Below are positions 10,050 through 19,841 of a stretch of DNA of 64,000 nucleotides, piece by piece (the first letter of the stretch is position 1; the number at the start of each line of letters is the position of its first letter). The notes beneath the pieces were generated by a model, which searched no databases, was not told the DNA's origin, and saw only the letters and a list, made by a program, of their open reading frames with translations. The stretch lies in the NCBI GenBank assembly GCA_963770995.1, contig CAVYRS010000002.1, forward strand, positions 569,404 to 633,403. The letters run 5' to 3'. Made by a program: the position numbers and the translations under genes. This stretch comes from an uncultured Acidobacteriota bacterium. GTDB taxonomy: Bacteria; Acidobacteriota; Vicinamibacteria; Vicinamibacterales; CAVVIG01.

Positions 10050-10580
10050 TTATGGCCGGCGCGGCAGCCTCTCGAGAATGCGCGCGATCGCCTGACCGAC
10101 GATGTCCTCGAGCCAGCGCTGATCGTCGACTGCCCCGTCGATGCTGCCCTCCGCCCAGCCGCGCCAGACGAGCGCATTCGCTCTGGCATCGATCAGGTCG
10201 ATGATCAGCGTGCCCGCGTCGTAGACATCGGCCGCAGGGCACTCGGCGCAGGAGCGGTCATCGCGACCCACTTCCAGCCGCTGCGACACGCTCGCGTAGT
10301 AGCGAACCCGCAGGTCGGCCGCGTCGGACCCCGTCTTTTCGAACCCGCGGCCCGCCAGTCCCTGCTCGATGTCCGCTTCCACACGGGTCCGAAACAGCTG
10401 GTTGTTGTCGAGCCGTGGATCGCCGGTCGGTTGCGCCGCTTCGGCCGCCCACGAGTAGGTGCGATACCGGGACAGGTCGAAGCCGCGCTCGGCAAACGAA
10501 CCCACGTCCTTGAGGGCGCAACCCGACATGATGACGGCTGTCAGCAACCCGATTGGCGAAAGACGTCGGCGCGGTCCCAT
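10050..10580 (-). CDS. DUF4136-like lipoprotein
   Basis: Lipobox IMSGC; FDLSRYRTYSW, GTLIIDLIDA..LVWRGWA. Confidence 0.85.
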   Translation of the reverse strand: MGPRRRLSPIGLLTAVIMSGCALKDVGSFAERGFDLSRYRTYSWAAEAAQPTGDPRLDNNQLFRTRVEADIEQGLAGRGFEKTGSDAADLRVRYYASVSQRLEVGRDDRSCAECPAADVYDAGTLIIDLIDARANALVWRGWAEGSIDGAVDDQRWLEDIVGQAIARILERLPRRP

Positions 10581-10597
10581 TGGATTCTCCTCGGCGT

Positions 10598-11140
10598 CTA
10601 CAGGTGACGCGAAAGCTCTTCAACCATGCGCCGCACGGCCTCGTTGATCTCGCGGACCATCCGGTCGCTGCCAAGAAACTTCGCGAAATCGTCCCGAGCC
10701 CAGCCACGCCACATCAACCGGTTGGTCCGTGCGTCGATCACGTCGAGAATCAGGAAGCCTGCTTCGTAATCGAAGACGCGCGTCTCAGCGGCCTCGTCGT
10801 AGACATACCCGCGTTCGCGATCGATCCGGTTGACATCGATTCGGCGGGTGACGCTGGCGTGATAGTGGATCAGCAGATCGGGCGCACCCGTTTCGGCGCG
10901 TGTGAAGCCTCGTGCGGCCAGCGCCTTTTCGACGGCGCCTTGTATGTAATCGTGAAAGACGGGATCGCCGTCGAGGCGCGGATCGCCGGTGGGCAGCGCG
11001 TCGCGCGGCCCCCACTCGAAGGTGCGGTACTGCGTGAAGGTGTGGCCGCGCGCGACGTGTGAGCCGACCTGCATCGTCGCACACGCGATCGTGCTGAGCG
11101 CGATCGCGATCGCCAGGGCCATCCTCGAGAGTCCGGTCAT
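10598..11140 (-). CDS. DUF4136-like lipoprotein (tandem paralog)
   Basis: Lipobox TIAC; FTQYRTFEW, PTGDPRLD, GFLILDVIDARTNRLMWRGWA. Confidence 0.85.
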   Translation of the reverse strand: MTGLSRMALAIAIALSTIACATMQVGSHVARGHTFTQYRTFEWGPRDALPTGDPRLDGDPVFHDYIQGAVEKALAARGFTRAETGAPDLLIHYHASVTRRIDVNRIDRERGYVYDEAAETRVFDYEAGFLILDVIDARTNRLMWRGWARDDFAKFLGSDRMVREINEAVRRMVEELSRHL

Positions 11141-11164
11141 GTCGAAACCCCGTCGACGCTCCGC

Positions 11165-11180
11165 TGCGAGACACATGCCA
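11165..11180 (-). promoter_or_regulatory. Putative sigma-54 promoter for the DUF4136 pair
   Basis: Minus strand TGGCATGTGTCTCGCA. Confidence 0.6.
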
Positions 11181-11291
11181 GGCGTCCGCCAGGGCGTTGC
11201 GACGCGGGCGTCCGCGAGGTGATGGAAAACCGGCAGGTGACATCCGGCGGCGGCGCGGAAGAACGGAGCGAGGGCGGGCTTGCGTCGGGGA

Positions 11292-11669
11292 TCAGCGGGC
11301 GGTTGGATGCGACGCGTCTCGTGACCGCGTGTTCGGCTGGCGCCGGTACAACGCGTAGTCGAACCGCCCGTACATCCAGGCCTCGCCGGTCCTGTCGTCG
11401 TGTCGCGGCTCGACGGCTTCGCTCACGACGCGCGCGTAGTCGCCCCCGAGCCGGACGATCTCCTGCTCGAGCCTGACGCGCGCGCGATCGAGCAGATCCT
11501 GATACGAGCGATCCCACAGCTCGTCGCGGTGCTGGAGCGTCCCCGGCACCCTGGCGCTCGTGGCTTCGAGGGTGTGATCGCCAATGGGCTCGGCATCGCG
11601 TGGCGGCAGCTCGCGGTGCCAATACACAACTCGCTCGTCAGGTTGTCGCTCCCCAGGTCTTTTCGTCAT
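11292..11669 (-). CDS. Hypothetical protein (possible YbjQ-like fold)
   Basis: Protein-like composition, GGAG RBS, co-oriented after the cytochrome c gene; RLEQEIVRLGGDYARV. Confidence 0.65.
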   Translation of the reverse strand: MTKRPGERQPDERVVYWHRELPPRDAEPIGDHTLEATSARVPGTLQHRDELWDRSYQDLLDRARVRLEQEIVRLGGDYARVVSEAVEPRHDDRTGEAWMYGRFDYALYRRQPNTRSRDASHPTAR

Positions 11670-11683
11670 CGGCCGACTCCACG

Positions 11684-12076
11684 TCAGCGTTTGGCCTGCA
11701 GAGTCCGGATGTACAGAACGAGTTGTTCGATCCGCGCGCGCACTTCAGCCGGGCTCTCGCTTCCGCGCGACTTCGCGAACACGCTGGCCCATTCCGGCAT
11801 CTCGGCCGACAGCCCGTGCGCGCGGCCCCCCGCGTCGATGGTCGTGAAGACCTTCTCTGCGGGAAACACGCCGTCGTTCTTCTTCGCGAGCTGCGTCAAG
11901 TCGGCCGGACGGCGCCTCAGCGCCGCCGCGAGGGGGCCGTCGCCCTTGGCCGTCGACCCGTGGCACGAGGAACAGAACGCCAGATAGTCGTCGCTTCCCT
12001 CGTAGCTCGACGCCGTCGGCACGAAGCAAAGCGGGATCACACCCATCAGGAAGACCGCCGCACCCCTCAGCTTCAT
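11684..12076 (-). CDS. Monoheme class I cytochrome c
   Basis: Signal peptide, CSSCHG..GDGP, PADLT, MPEW axial Met; GAGGAGG RBS. Confidence 0.9.
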   Translation of the reverse strand: MKLRGAAVFLMGVIPLCFVPTASSYEGSDDYLAFCSSCHGSTAKGDGPLAAALRRRPADLTQLAKKNDGVFPAEKVFTTIDAGGRAHGLSAEMPEWASVFAKSRGSESPAEVRARIEQLVLYIRTLQAKR

Positions 12077-12134
12077 AACGCCTCCTCTGCCGCGTCGGGC
12101 GAAGTCGCTCGTCCGAGAATCGTCCACACGCCAC

Positions 12135-12250
12135 CGCAAAGCACGTGCCGGCGGGAATGGCCAGCGAGCGCCCGCGCTCTGCCGGATTTCCGGCAGAGCG
12201 GCGGAAGCGGTCCGCCGGTCGCGTTGAAGGGGCGAGCACACGAGTTGCAT
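12135..12250. promoter_or_regulatory. Divergent promoter region: sigma-54 site (minus, 12135-12150) and perfect palindrome CTCTGCCGGA-TT-TCCGGCAGAG (core 12180-12195)
   Basis: CGGCACGTGCTTTGCG on the minus strand; plus-strand variant GAGCACACGAGTTGCA. Confidence 0.65.
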
Positions 12251-12297
12251 GCTTCGTCAGTGAGGGGCGGGTGCCCGACGAGTCGAGGGAGGCCATC

Positions 12298-12801
12298 ATG
12301 GTGACGATGAAGCGCATTCTGGTCGCGACCGATTTCGAAGAAGCGGCAGGCGTGGCGCTCGAGTACGGGCGCGAACTGGCGCGCACGTTCGGCGCGCAGC
12401 TGGACGTCCTGCATGTGGCCGACAACATTTTCGCGCGCGGTGCCGTCGGCGAGGGCTACATGGTGTCGTTTACGGAGATGCAACAGGACGTCGAAGCGTC
12501 CGCGCTCAAGAAACTCGATGGGCTGATCTTCGAGGAAGACCGCCAGCTGCTCGGTGCCCGAACGGTGCTGCGCACGTCGGCGTCGCCGGCGGCGGCGATC
12601 ATCGAATACGCGCGCGAGGCCGGCGTCAATCTCATCGTCATGGGGACGCACGGCCGCGGCGCGATGGCGCACCTGCTGATGGGGAGCGTCGCCGAACGGG
12701 TCGTCCGGACAGCGCCGTGTCCGGTGCTGACGGTCCGCCATCCCGAACACGAGTTCGTCCTGCCGGATGCGCTCGTCGCGGTGACCCGAGCGGCGAAATA
12801 G
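12298..12801 (+). CDS. Universal stress protein (single domain)
   Basis: KRILVATDF...LIVMGTHGRG..LMGSVAERVVRTAPCPVLTV. Confidence 0.95.
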   Translation: MVTMKRILVATDFEEAAGVALEYGRELARTFGAQLDVLHVADNIFARGAVGEGYMVSFTEMQQDVEASALKKLDGLIFEEDRQLLGARTVLRTSASPAAAIIEYAREAGVNLIVMGTHGRGAMAHLLMGSVAERVVRTAPCPVLTVRHPEHEFVLPDALVAVTRAAK

Positions 12802-12832
12802 CGAAGCGTGGTCGCGCAGATGGGATGGCGCC

Positions 12833-14407
12833 ATGATCACCGAGGACCAGACGGCGGTCATCGATTTCCTCGCCTCGCCATCTGCGCACGGCGGCGCCGG
12901 TGTGGAGCGCATCGATACCCACGCCTCGATCGTCTTTCTTGCCGGCGCACGCGCCTACAAGCTGAAGCGCGCCGTTCGCTACGACTACCTCGACTTCTCG
13001 ACCTCCGATCGCCGCCGCGCGCTGTGTGAAGCGGAAGTTCGGCTCAACCAGCGCACGGCGCCCACGCTCTATCGACGGGTCGTCGCCATCACGCGCGAAC
13101 GCGACGGATCGTTCGCGCTGCAGGGCGACGGTCCGGCCGTGGACTGGGTCGTGGAGATGAACCGCTTCCCGGAAGAAGCCGTGTTCGACCGCATGGCGGC
13201 AGCCGGCCGGCTCGATCTCGAGCTGATGCCGCCCCTCGCCGCCGCAATCGCGGACCTGCATGATCAGGCCGAGCGACGCCCCGATCATGGCGGCCGAACC
13301 GGCATGTCGTGGGTGATCGAAGGCAACGCCGCAGGCTTCGCGGAGTTCGGCGCGGCGCTCGGACGCTACGAATGCTACCGGGTCACCGACGACGCCTGCC
13401 GTGAGCTGGATCGACGCGGCGATCTGCTCGACAACCGACGAGATCTGGGATTCGTGCGCCACTGCCACGGCGACCTGCACCTGCGCAACATCGTGCTGCT
13501 GCAGGGTCGGCCAACACTGTTCGACGGCGTCGAATTCAACGACGAGATTTCCTGTACCGACATCCAGTACGACCTTGCATTCCTGCTGATGGATCTGTGG
13601 CACCGCCAGCTGCGGCGACATGCCAACGTGGTGTGGAATCGCTACTTGGCGCACGTGGATGATCTGAGCGGGGCGGCGCTGCTGCCGTTGTTTTTGTCGT
13701 GCCGCGCCGCGGTGCGGGCCAAAACGACTGTGACCGCCGCCAGTCTGGCGAAGGACGCGTCTCGACGTGGCGAGCTCGAAGCGCTCGCGGGCGAGTACCT
13801 CGCGATGGCACGGGACTTCCTGCATCCTCCGGCTCCGTCGATCATTGCCGTCGGAGGCTACTCGGGCTCCGGCAAGTCGACGCTGGCCGCGGCGCTCGCG
13901 CCTGCGATCGGCGCCGTGCCGGGCGCCGTTGTGCTGCGCAGCGACGAGATTCGCAAGCGGCTGTGCGGGATCTCGCCGCTCGAACGTCTCGGTCGTGAAG
14001 GCTATTCGGCAGACATATCGCAGCGGGTTTACCGGACACTGGCCGAACGGGCGGGCGATGTCGCGCGAGCCGGCCACGCCGTGATCGTCGACGCCATGTT
14101 CGGGCGTCCGTCCGATCGACAGGCCCTCGAGCGCGTAGCCGGCGCAGCGGCGGTTTCCTTCGTCGGCCTGTGGCTCGACGCACCGGAGGCGACGCTCGTC
14201 GCCCGCGTGACTGGCCGTCGCAACGATCCCTCCGATGCGGACGCCGACATCGTTCGCATGCAGCGCGCGCAGGAACCGGGCGCGATCGCGTGGCGGCGTC
14301 TGGACGCGTCAGGGCCGGCGGAGCGCGTGCTGACCACGGCCAGCAGCTACATCGCCACCGAGAGCTTCATTCATGGTCAAGGAACGCGGTCCAATGACCA
14401 CACGTGA
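12833..14407 (+). CDS. Aminoglycoside-phosphotransferase-like kinase + AAA_33 P-loop fusion (Rv2004c-like)
   Basis: DTHASIVFL, YKLKR, CHGDLHLRNI, FDGVEFN, GYSGSGKST, RSDEIRK, PSDAD. Confidence 0.9.
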   Translation: MITEDQTAVIDFLASPSAHGGAGVERIDTHASIVFLAGARAYKLKRAVRYDYLDFSTSDRRRALCEAEVRLNQRTAPTLYRRVVAITRERDGSFALQGDGPAVDWVVEMNRFPEEAVFDRMAAAGRLDLELMPPLAAAIADLHDQAERRPDHGGRTGMSWVIEGNAAGFAEFGAALGRYECYRVTDDACRELDRRGDLLDNRRDLGFVRHCHGDLHLRNIVLLQGRPTLFDGVEFNDEISCTDIQYDLAFLLMDLWHRQLRRHANVVWNRYLAHVDDLSGAALLPLFLSCRAAVRAKTTVTAASLAKDASRRGELEALAGEYLAMARDFLHPPAPSIIAVGGYSGSGKSTLAAALAPAIGAVPGAVVLRSDEIRKRLCGISPLERLGREGYSADISQRVYRTLAERAGDVARAGHAVIVDAMFGRPSDRQALERVAGAAAVSFVGLWLDAPEATLVARVTGRRNDPSDADADIVRMQRAQEPGAIAWRRLDASGPAERVLTTASSYIATESFIHGQGTRSNDHT

Positions 14408-14594
14408 GCAATGGCTCTCGAGAATGAACGCACTCGGAGGGCGCGCCCGGTAGCGCGCGGAGGACCATGGATTTCGAACATAATCGTGAACGCTGGCACA
14501 TCCGCGGCAAGGAGGCTCCCCGGTGGCGGGTAGGCCTCAGAACCGCATCGTTCGCGTCGTAACCCACGGCACGTAGACCAGCAACGGTGAGATT

Positions 14595-15521
14595 ATGCGC
14601 GCGTCGATCAAGCCAGCTGAATGGTCGGGTTTTCGATCGATCCTGTGTCCGATCGATTTTTCCAAGCACGCCCAGCTCGCTTTGCGATACGCCGAGGCGA
14701 TTGCACGCCGGGCGCGTGCGACGCTGACAGTCGCGTACGTCAACGATCCATTTCTGGTGGCGGCGGCCGCAGTGGCGCTGCACGACCCTCACTTCGTCAA
14801 GCAAAGCGCGACGGAGTTGCAGCGGTTCATCGACGAAACGCTGACGCGAGGCCGCAAGCCGCAGCTGCGCATCGAACCGGTGACCTCGATCGGCCAGCCG
14901 GCCGCCCAGATACTCAAGGCCGCCGCGCGCACCCGCTCGGATCTGATCGTCCTCGGCACTCACGGCCTGACCGGCGCCGATCGGCTCATCATGGGGTCGA
15001 CGACCCTGGGCGTCCTTCGGCGAACGCGGGTGCCGGTGCTCGCCGTGCCGCGGTCCGCCGGGCAACGCGACCTCGCTTCATGGCCCGGCCATCGCATTGC
15101 GGCTGCAGTCGATTTCGGGCCGGCGTCCACACGGGACATCGACAGCGCGGCCCGCGTCGCGCGATGGTTCGATGCCTCGTTGCTGCTGATTCACGTCGTC
15201 GGCCGGATCGCCGTGCCGGCGTGGATTCGAGCCGATGCGCGCGCCCGCGAACGCACGCGCGTGACGGCGGCGCAGCGACGGCTCGACAAATTGGCGGTCG
15301 CCGGCCGACGCGACGTCGAGACCGAGACTCGCGTGGTGGCGGGCGATGTCGCGGAAGCCCTCAGCCTTCACCCGGCAAGCGAAGGCGCGCGCCTGCTGAT
15401 GACGACACTTCGAGACCGGCCCGGCTGGTTTGGCCCGCGGCGGGGCTCGGTCACGTATCACGTGCTGACGCGTGCGGCGATGCCGATCCTCGCGTGTCCG
15501 GCTCGCTGGCGGCCTTCCTGA
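14595..15521 (+). CDS. Universal stress protein (tandem domain)
   Basis: ILCPIDFS, DLIVLGTHG..MGSTT, second USP domain; sigma-54-like TGGCACATCCGCGGCA at 14494-14509. Confidence 0.9.
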   Translation: MRASIKPAEWSGFRSILCPIDFSKHAQLALRYAEAIARRARATLTVAYVNDPFLVAAAAVALHDPHFVKQSATELQRFIDETLTRGRKPQLRIEPVTSIGQPAAQILKAAARTRSDLIVLGTHGLTGADRLIMGSTTLGVLRRTRVPVLAVPRSAGQRDLASWPGHRIAAAVDFGPASTRDIDSAARVARWFDASLLLIHVVGRIAVPAWIRADARARERTRVTAAQRRLDKLAVAGRRDVETETRVVAGDVAEALSLHPASEGARLLMTTLRDRPGWFGPRRGSVTYHVLTRAAMPILACPARWRPS

Positions 15522-15537
15522 TCGATCGGACGGTCGC

Positions 15538-18168
15538 ATGATCGAAGGGGCGTGGCACGCTCACGACGTCGATGAGGTGCTGCGCCGCCTCGACTCCTCC
15601 GATGCGGGACTCTCAGAGAGCGCCGCTGCGCGGCGGCTCGCCGAAGCCGGTCCCAACCTGTTGATCCGCGCCACGCCGATTTCCGCGGCGCGCATCCTCG
15701 TCGATCAGCTGACCAGCGTGGTGGTGTACCTGCTCGGCGCCGCTGCGCTCGTGGCGCTGGCGCTCGGCGATCGCGTCGAATCGGTGGCCATCGCGGCAGT
15801 TCTCGCCATCAACACCGCCATCGGGTTCGTCACGGAGCTGCGCGCGCGCCGCGCCATGGATGCGTTGCTCCGGTTCGAGGTGCCGCGGACGACCGTTGTG
15901 CGCGAGGGCCGCGCTCGTATCATCAGTTCATCGGATCTCGTAGCGGGGGACGTCGTCGATCTGATGGCGGGGCAAGCTGTTCCGGCCGACGCGCGGCTGA
16001 TCACCACCACGGAGCTCCGTACCGTCGAAGCCGCCCTCACCGGCGAGTCGCTCCCAACAGCGAAAGTCGCGACCATATCGCTTGCGGCCGACACCGCACT
16101 CGCGGACCGCACGAACATGCTTTACATGGGCACGACGGTCGCCGCAGGGACGGCGCGCGCGGTCGTCACGGCGACTGGACCGGGAACCGAGCTCGGCCGG
16201 ATCGGCGCGCTCGTCGCCGGCGTGCACGAGGAACGCACGCCGCTCGAGAAGCGCCTCGATGCGCTCGGCCGGCGGCTCGTCTGGCTGGCGCTCGGAGTGG
16301 CCGGCCTGGTCGCGGCGCTCGAGGCGCTTCACGGGGCGCCGCTCGGGCTCGTCATCGAAACCGGGATCGCGCTCGCCGTGGCCGCCGTCCCCGAAGCGCT
16401 GCCGGCGGTCGCGACCATCGCTCTGGCGGTCGGCCTGCGACGGATGGCGAAACGTCATGCGCTCGTGCGGCGCCTGCCGGCGGTCGAAGCGCTTGGATCG
16501 ACCACGATCGTCTGCACCGACAAGACGCGAACGCTCACAACCGGCGACATGGCCGTCGTTCGTGTCTGGACGGCGGGCACCGAGTTCAGGATCGATGCTG
16601 CGGGAGCCGTCGGCCCCGCCGATGCGGCCGCCGTGCATGGCGCGCTCGCAATCGCGGCGCTCGCCAGTCGACCGCAAGCCTCGCACGGCGACGCTGCGCA
16701 GGGCGGCGCGGGCCGCGATCCCGTCGATGTGGCGATCTTGCGAACGGTGGCAGGCGTGCACGCCATTCAACAGCGGCTTACGAACCGGCGTTCGATCGGG
16801 CTCGTGCCATTCTCGAGCGATCGGAAGCTGATGGCGGTGTTCGACGCGGTCGAAGGCGCCACCGTCGCGTACGTGAAGGGCGCGCCCGGGCGGATCATCG
16901 ACCTCAGTGAACGGGTCGTAACGGCTGGCGGCGATGAACGCCTCGACGAACACAGCCGCGCGCGGCTGCGCGAGGTGAACGACGGCCTGGCCAGCGAAGG
17001 CCTCCGAGTCCTCGCGCTCGCCTACGGCACCGTCGCCCGGCCCGAGGAATCTGCATTGGCCAGCGGGCTCGCGTTCGTGGGTTTCATCGGCTTCATGGAC
17101 CCGCCGGCGCCGGGCGTGAAAGCGACGATCGCGCGGCTGCGCGCCGCCGGCATGCGGACGGTCATGATCACCGGAGATCAACGATTGACGGCCAACGCTG
17201 TCGGCCGCGAATTGAATCTGCTCACCTCCGACGACGACGTGATCGACGGGCGCGAGATGCGAACGCTTTCCGCAGCCGATCTACGGACCCGGCTTGCGCA
17301 CGCCAGCGCCTTCAGCCGGGTGACGCCGGAAGACAAGCTGATCATCGTCCGCGAACTGCAGGCGCGCGGCGAGATCGTGGCCATGCTCGGAGACGGCGTC
17401 AACGACGCCGCGGCGCTGAAGAAGGCCGACGTCGGCGTGGCGATGGGCGTTCGCGGAACCGACGTCGCCAAGGAGGCCGCAGCGATCGTGCTGCAGGACG
17501 ATCGGTTCGAGACCATCGCTGCCGCCGTCGAAGAAGGCCGCGTCATCTACGACAACATCCGCAAGTTCGTCTTCTATCTCTTCAGCTGCAATCTCGGCGA
17601 GATCCTGGTGCTGCTGGTCGCCGGACTGGCCGGCCTTCCCGCGCCGCTGATGCCGCTCCAGATCCTCTGGGTGAACATCGTCACCGACACGCTGCCGGCC
17701 CTCGCGCTCGCCGTCGAGCCGGGCGACGAGGATGTGATGCGCCGGCCGCCGCGACGGCCGCAGGAGGCCATTCTGTCGCGCGCATTCCTCACGCAGATCG
17801 TGCTCTACGGCAGTTTGATCGCGGCCTCGACGCTGGCGGCCTTTCTGTGGGGGCGCGTTTACGCGCCGGCGCAGGCGGTCACCATGAGCTTCATGACGCT
17901 GGCGCTCGCGCAGATCTTCCACCTCGGCAACGCGCGCAGCCATCGCGCCGTCACGAGGCCCGCTCAGGCGTTCGCCAATCGCTACGCAATCGCTGCGGTC
18001 GTCGTCTCGGTGCTGATTCAGATTGGTCCGACACAATTTCCGGCCCTGGCATCGCTGCTGCGAATCACCCGGCTGGGCGCGCGCGAGTGGATGCTCGTCC
18101 TGGCGTTCTCACTGGTGACGGCGGTCGTGGGTCAGGCCGTCAGGATGCTTGCGCCGCGACAACGCTGA
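15538..18168 (+). CDS. Cation-transporting P-type ATPase (type IIA, PacL/CtpF-like)
   Basis: LTGES, AVPEALP, variant DKTRTLT, KGAP, DPP, MITGD, GDGVND, QILWVNIVTD. Confidence 0.92.
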   Translation: MIEGAWHAHDVDEVLRRLDSSDAGLSESAAARRLAEAGPNLLIRATPISAARILVDQLTSVVVYLLGAAALVALALGDRVESVAIAAVLAINTAIGFVTELRARRAMDALLRFEVPRTTVVREGRARIISSSDLVAGDVVDLMAGQAVPADARLITTTELRTVEAALTGESLPTAKVATISLAADTALADRTNMLYMGTTVAAGTARAVVTATGPGTELGRIGALVAGVHEERTPLEKRLDALGRRLVWLALGVAGLVAALEALHGAPLGLVIETGIALAVAAVPEALPAVATIALAVGLRRMAKRHALVRRLPAVEALGSTTIVCTDKTRTLTTGDMAVVRVWTAGTEFRIDAAGAVGPADAAAVHGALAIAALASRPQASHGDAAQGGAGRDPVDVAILRTVAGVHAIQQRLTNRRSIGLVPFSSDRKLMAVFDAVEGATVAYVKGAPGRIIDLSERVVTAGGDERLDEHSRARLREVNDGLASEGLRVLALAYGTVARPEESALASGLAFVGFIGFMDPPAPGVKATIARLRAAGMRTVMITGDQRLTANAVGRELNLLTSDDDVIDGREMRTLSAADLRTRLAHASAFSRVTPEDKLIIVRELQARGEIVAMLGDGVNDAAALKKADVGVAMGVRGTDVAKEAAAIVLQDDRFETIAAAVEEGRVIYDNIRKFVFYLFSCNLGEILVLLVAGLAGLPAPLMPLQILWVNIVTDTLPALALAVEPGDEDVMRRPPRRPQEAILSRAFLTQIVLYGSLIAASTLAAFLWGRVYAPAQAVTMSFMTLALAQIFHLGNARSHRAVTRPAQAFANRYAIAAVVVSVLIQIGPTQFPALASLLRITRLGAREWMLVLAFSLVTAVVGQAVRMLAPRQR

Positions 18169-18197
18169 CACCGCCAGGCGTTGCGCGGCGCGCGTGA

Positions 18198-19079
18198 TCA
18201 CGGCACCACCTTCACGCCCACGACAATTCGCGAAGCGGAGAGGTTCGTCCGTACCGGCGTCGATCCCAGATGCGCGGCGATATCGGCGATCGGTTCGGCG
18301 AGGATAAGCTCTTCGGCATTGAGAATCGCGGACGGAGTCACTTCTCCAACGACCTGACCGGCGGCGAAGTAGCGGAACCCGACCATAACAGCTGTGCGGC
18401 GACCAACCGGCGCACTCACCTCTGCACCGATGTCGAATCCGATCGCGTGCACCGGCCGAATCTCCATCGCAAGACGGTAGTCGTCCTCGAACAGCACGGA
18501 TCGACCACCCAGATGAAATGCGGTAAAGCCAAGCGGTTCCACGCGGCCGCTGAGCCGATGGTAGCTCGGCCCTCCGGAGATCGCCGCGTTCACCCGCTCC
18601 GGTCGACCGAGTCGCACGACGGCGTTGAAGGCGATCGACAGGTGATCGAGAGAGCCGGCCGTGTCGGGCCACGCCGTCGACCGACTGAGCTCCACGGTCT
18701 GAATCCGATCGTCGGGCGGTTGTCGACTGAGATACCGCAGCGTGAACGCGTACGGGCCGTTCGTGCCTGCAACGGCACAGTGGGCGCGATCGACGACGAC
18801 CTGCACCCCGACATGCGGCGACGGATACAGGTTGACGCCGCCGGTGAATCCGAACGACCGGCCGGTGTCGGCCACGAGCGTCTGGCCGCCGTGGCTCGAG
18901 AACTCGCCGTCCCTGAGCAGCGGCGGCGAGTACGCGGTCACGATACTGGCCTCGCGTCCGCCGACGACGGTTGCGCCGCCCCAGAACTCGACGCGGCGAA
19001 ATTCCGCGGCGGCGACCGCCTGCGCGCCGGCGCTGCCCGCGGTCAACGACAGTGCAAGAGCCGACTGTAGGCAGATCAT
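18198..19079 (-). CDS. Putative outer-membrane beta-barrel protein
   Basis: Signal peptide ending AGAQ, alternating amphipathic strands, C-terminal RIVVGVKV; start may be 19112. Confidence 0.6.
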   Translation of the reverse strand: MICLQSALALSLTAGSAGAQAVAAAEFRRVEFWGGATVVGGREASIVTAYSPPLLRDGEFSSHGGQTLVADTGRSFGFTGGVNLYPSPHVGVQVVVDRAHCAVAGTNGPYAFTLRYLSRQPPDDRIQTVELSRSTAWPDTAGSLDHLSIAFNAVVRLGRPERVNAAISGGPSYHRLSGRVEPLGFTAFHLGGRSVLFEDDYRLAMEIRPVHAIGFDIGAEVSAPVGRRTAVMVGFRYFAAGQVVGEVTPSAILNAEELILAEPIADIAAHLGSTPVRTNLSASRIVVGVKVVP

Positions 19080-19139
19080 CCTCGTCCTGCGAGGGTTGAG
19101 CTGTTTCTGCATCACGGTTGCCCGTCGGCGACTCAACGA

Positions 19140-19254
19140 TGCAAGAGGTTGGCCCGGGTCACATCGCCGGGGCCGATGACCGGTGCCGAAAAGTCGGCAG
19201 CGGCGCCGGCCGACACCCGGCACTCAGGCCGCGCGGTGTGGCATGGCGCGTGCT
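19140..19254. promoter_or_regulatory. Divergent sigma-54 promoters (minus 19140-19155, plus 19239-19254) flanking palindrome TGCCGAAAAGTCGGCA (19184-19199)
   Basis: GGGCCAACCTCTTGCA (minus) and TGGCATGGCGCGTGCT (plus). Confidence 0.65.
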
Positions 19255-19277
19255 CGCCATCAGAGTACGGCACTGGA

Positions 19278-19841
19278 ATGGATGCCGCGCACATGAAACC
19301 CAACTTCTTCCGCCGCCTCATCGGCGCCGCGCTGTTGGACAGCGCCACGTACGAAGAGGTCGAGGCCGATCCGTCGGCAACGGCGCAAGCCCTGACGGTG
19401 GTGGTGCTCTCGAGCGTGGCCGCGGCCATCGGCGCGAAAGGCATGAACGGCGGCGCCGCGACGCTGGCCTTCTTCGCGACCGCCAGCGTGATGGCCCTGC
19501 TGGCGTGGGCGACGTGGGCCCTATTGACGTTCGAGATCGGCGCGCGCCTGCTGCCGGCGCGAGAGACGCACGCCGACCCCGGCGAATTGCTGCGCACGCT
19601 CGGCTTCGCCGCCGCACCGGGGTTGATTCAGGTCCTCGCCGTGTTTCCCGAGGCACAGCGGCCGATTTTCGCGATCGCGATTGTGTGGACGCTTGCCGCC
19701 AGCGTCGTGGCGGTGCGCCAGGCCCTGGACTACCAGTCCACGGGGCGGGCGCTCGCCGTGTGCGGGCTCGGCGCCGTGCTGGCGATTTCCATCGCGGTCG
19801 TTCTGGGTCTCGTATTCGGTCCAACAGTGGCGGCTTTATGA
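19278..19841 (+). CDS. YIP1-family membrane protein
   Basis: LDSATYEEVEAD..AT.QA, LLRTLGFAAAPG, VVAVRQALDY; five TM helices. Confidence 0.75.
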   Translation: MDAAHMKPNFFRRLIGAALLDSATYEEVEADPSATAQALTVVVLSSVAAAIGAKGMNGGAATLAFFATASVMALLAWATWALLTFEIGARLLPARETHADPGELLRTLGFAAAPGLIQVLAVFPEAQRPIFAIAIVWTLAASVVAVRQALDYQSTGRALAVCGLGAVLAISIAVVLGLVFGPTVAAL

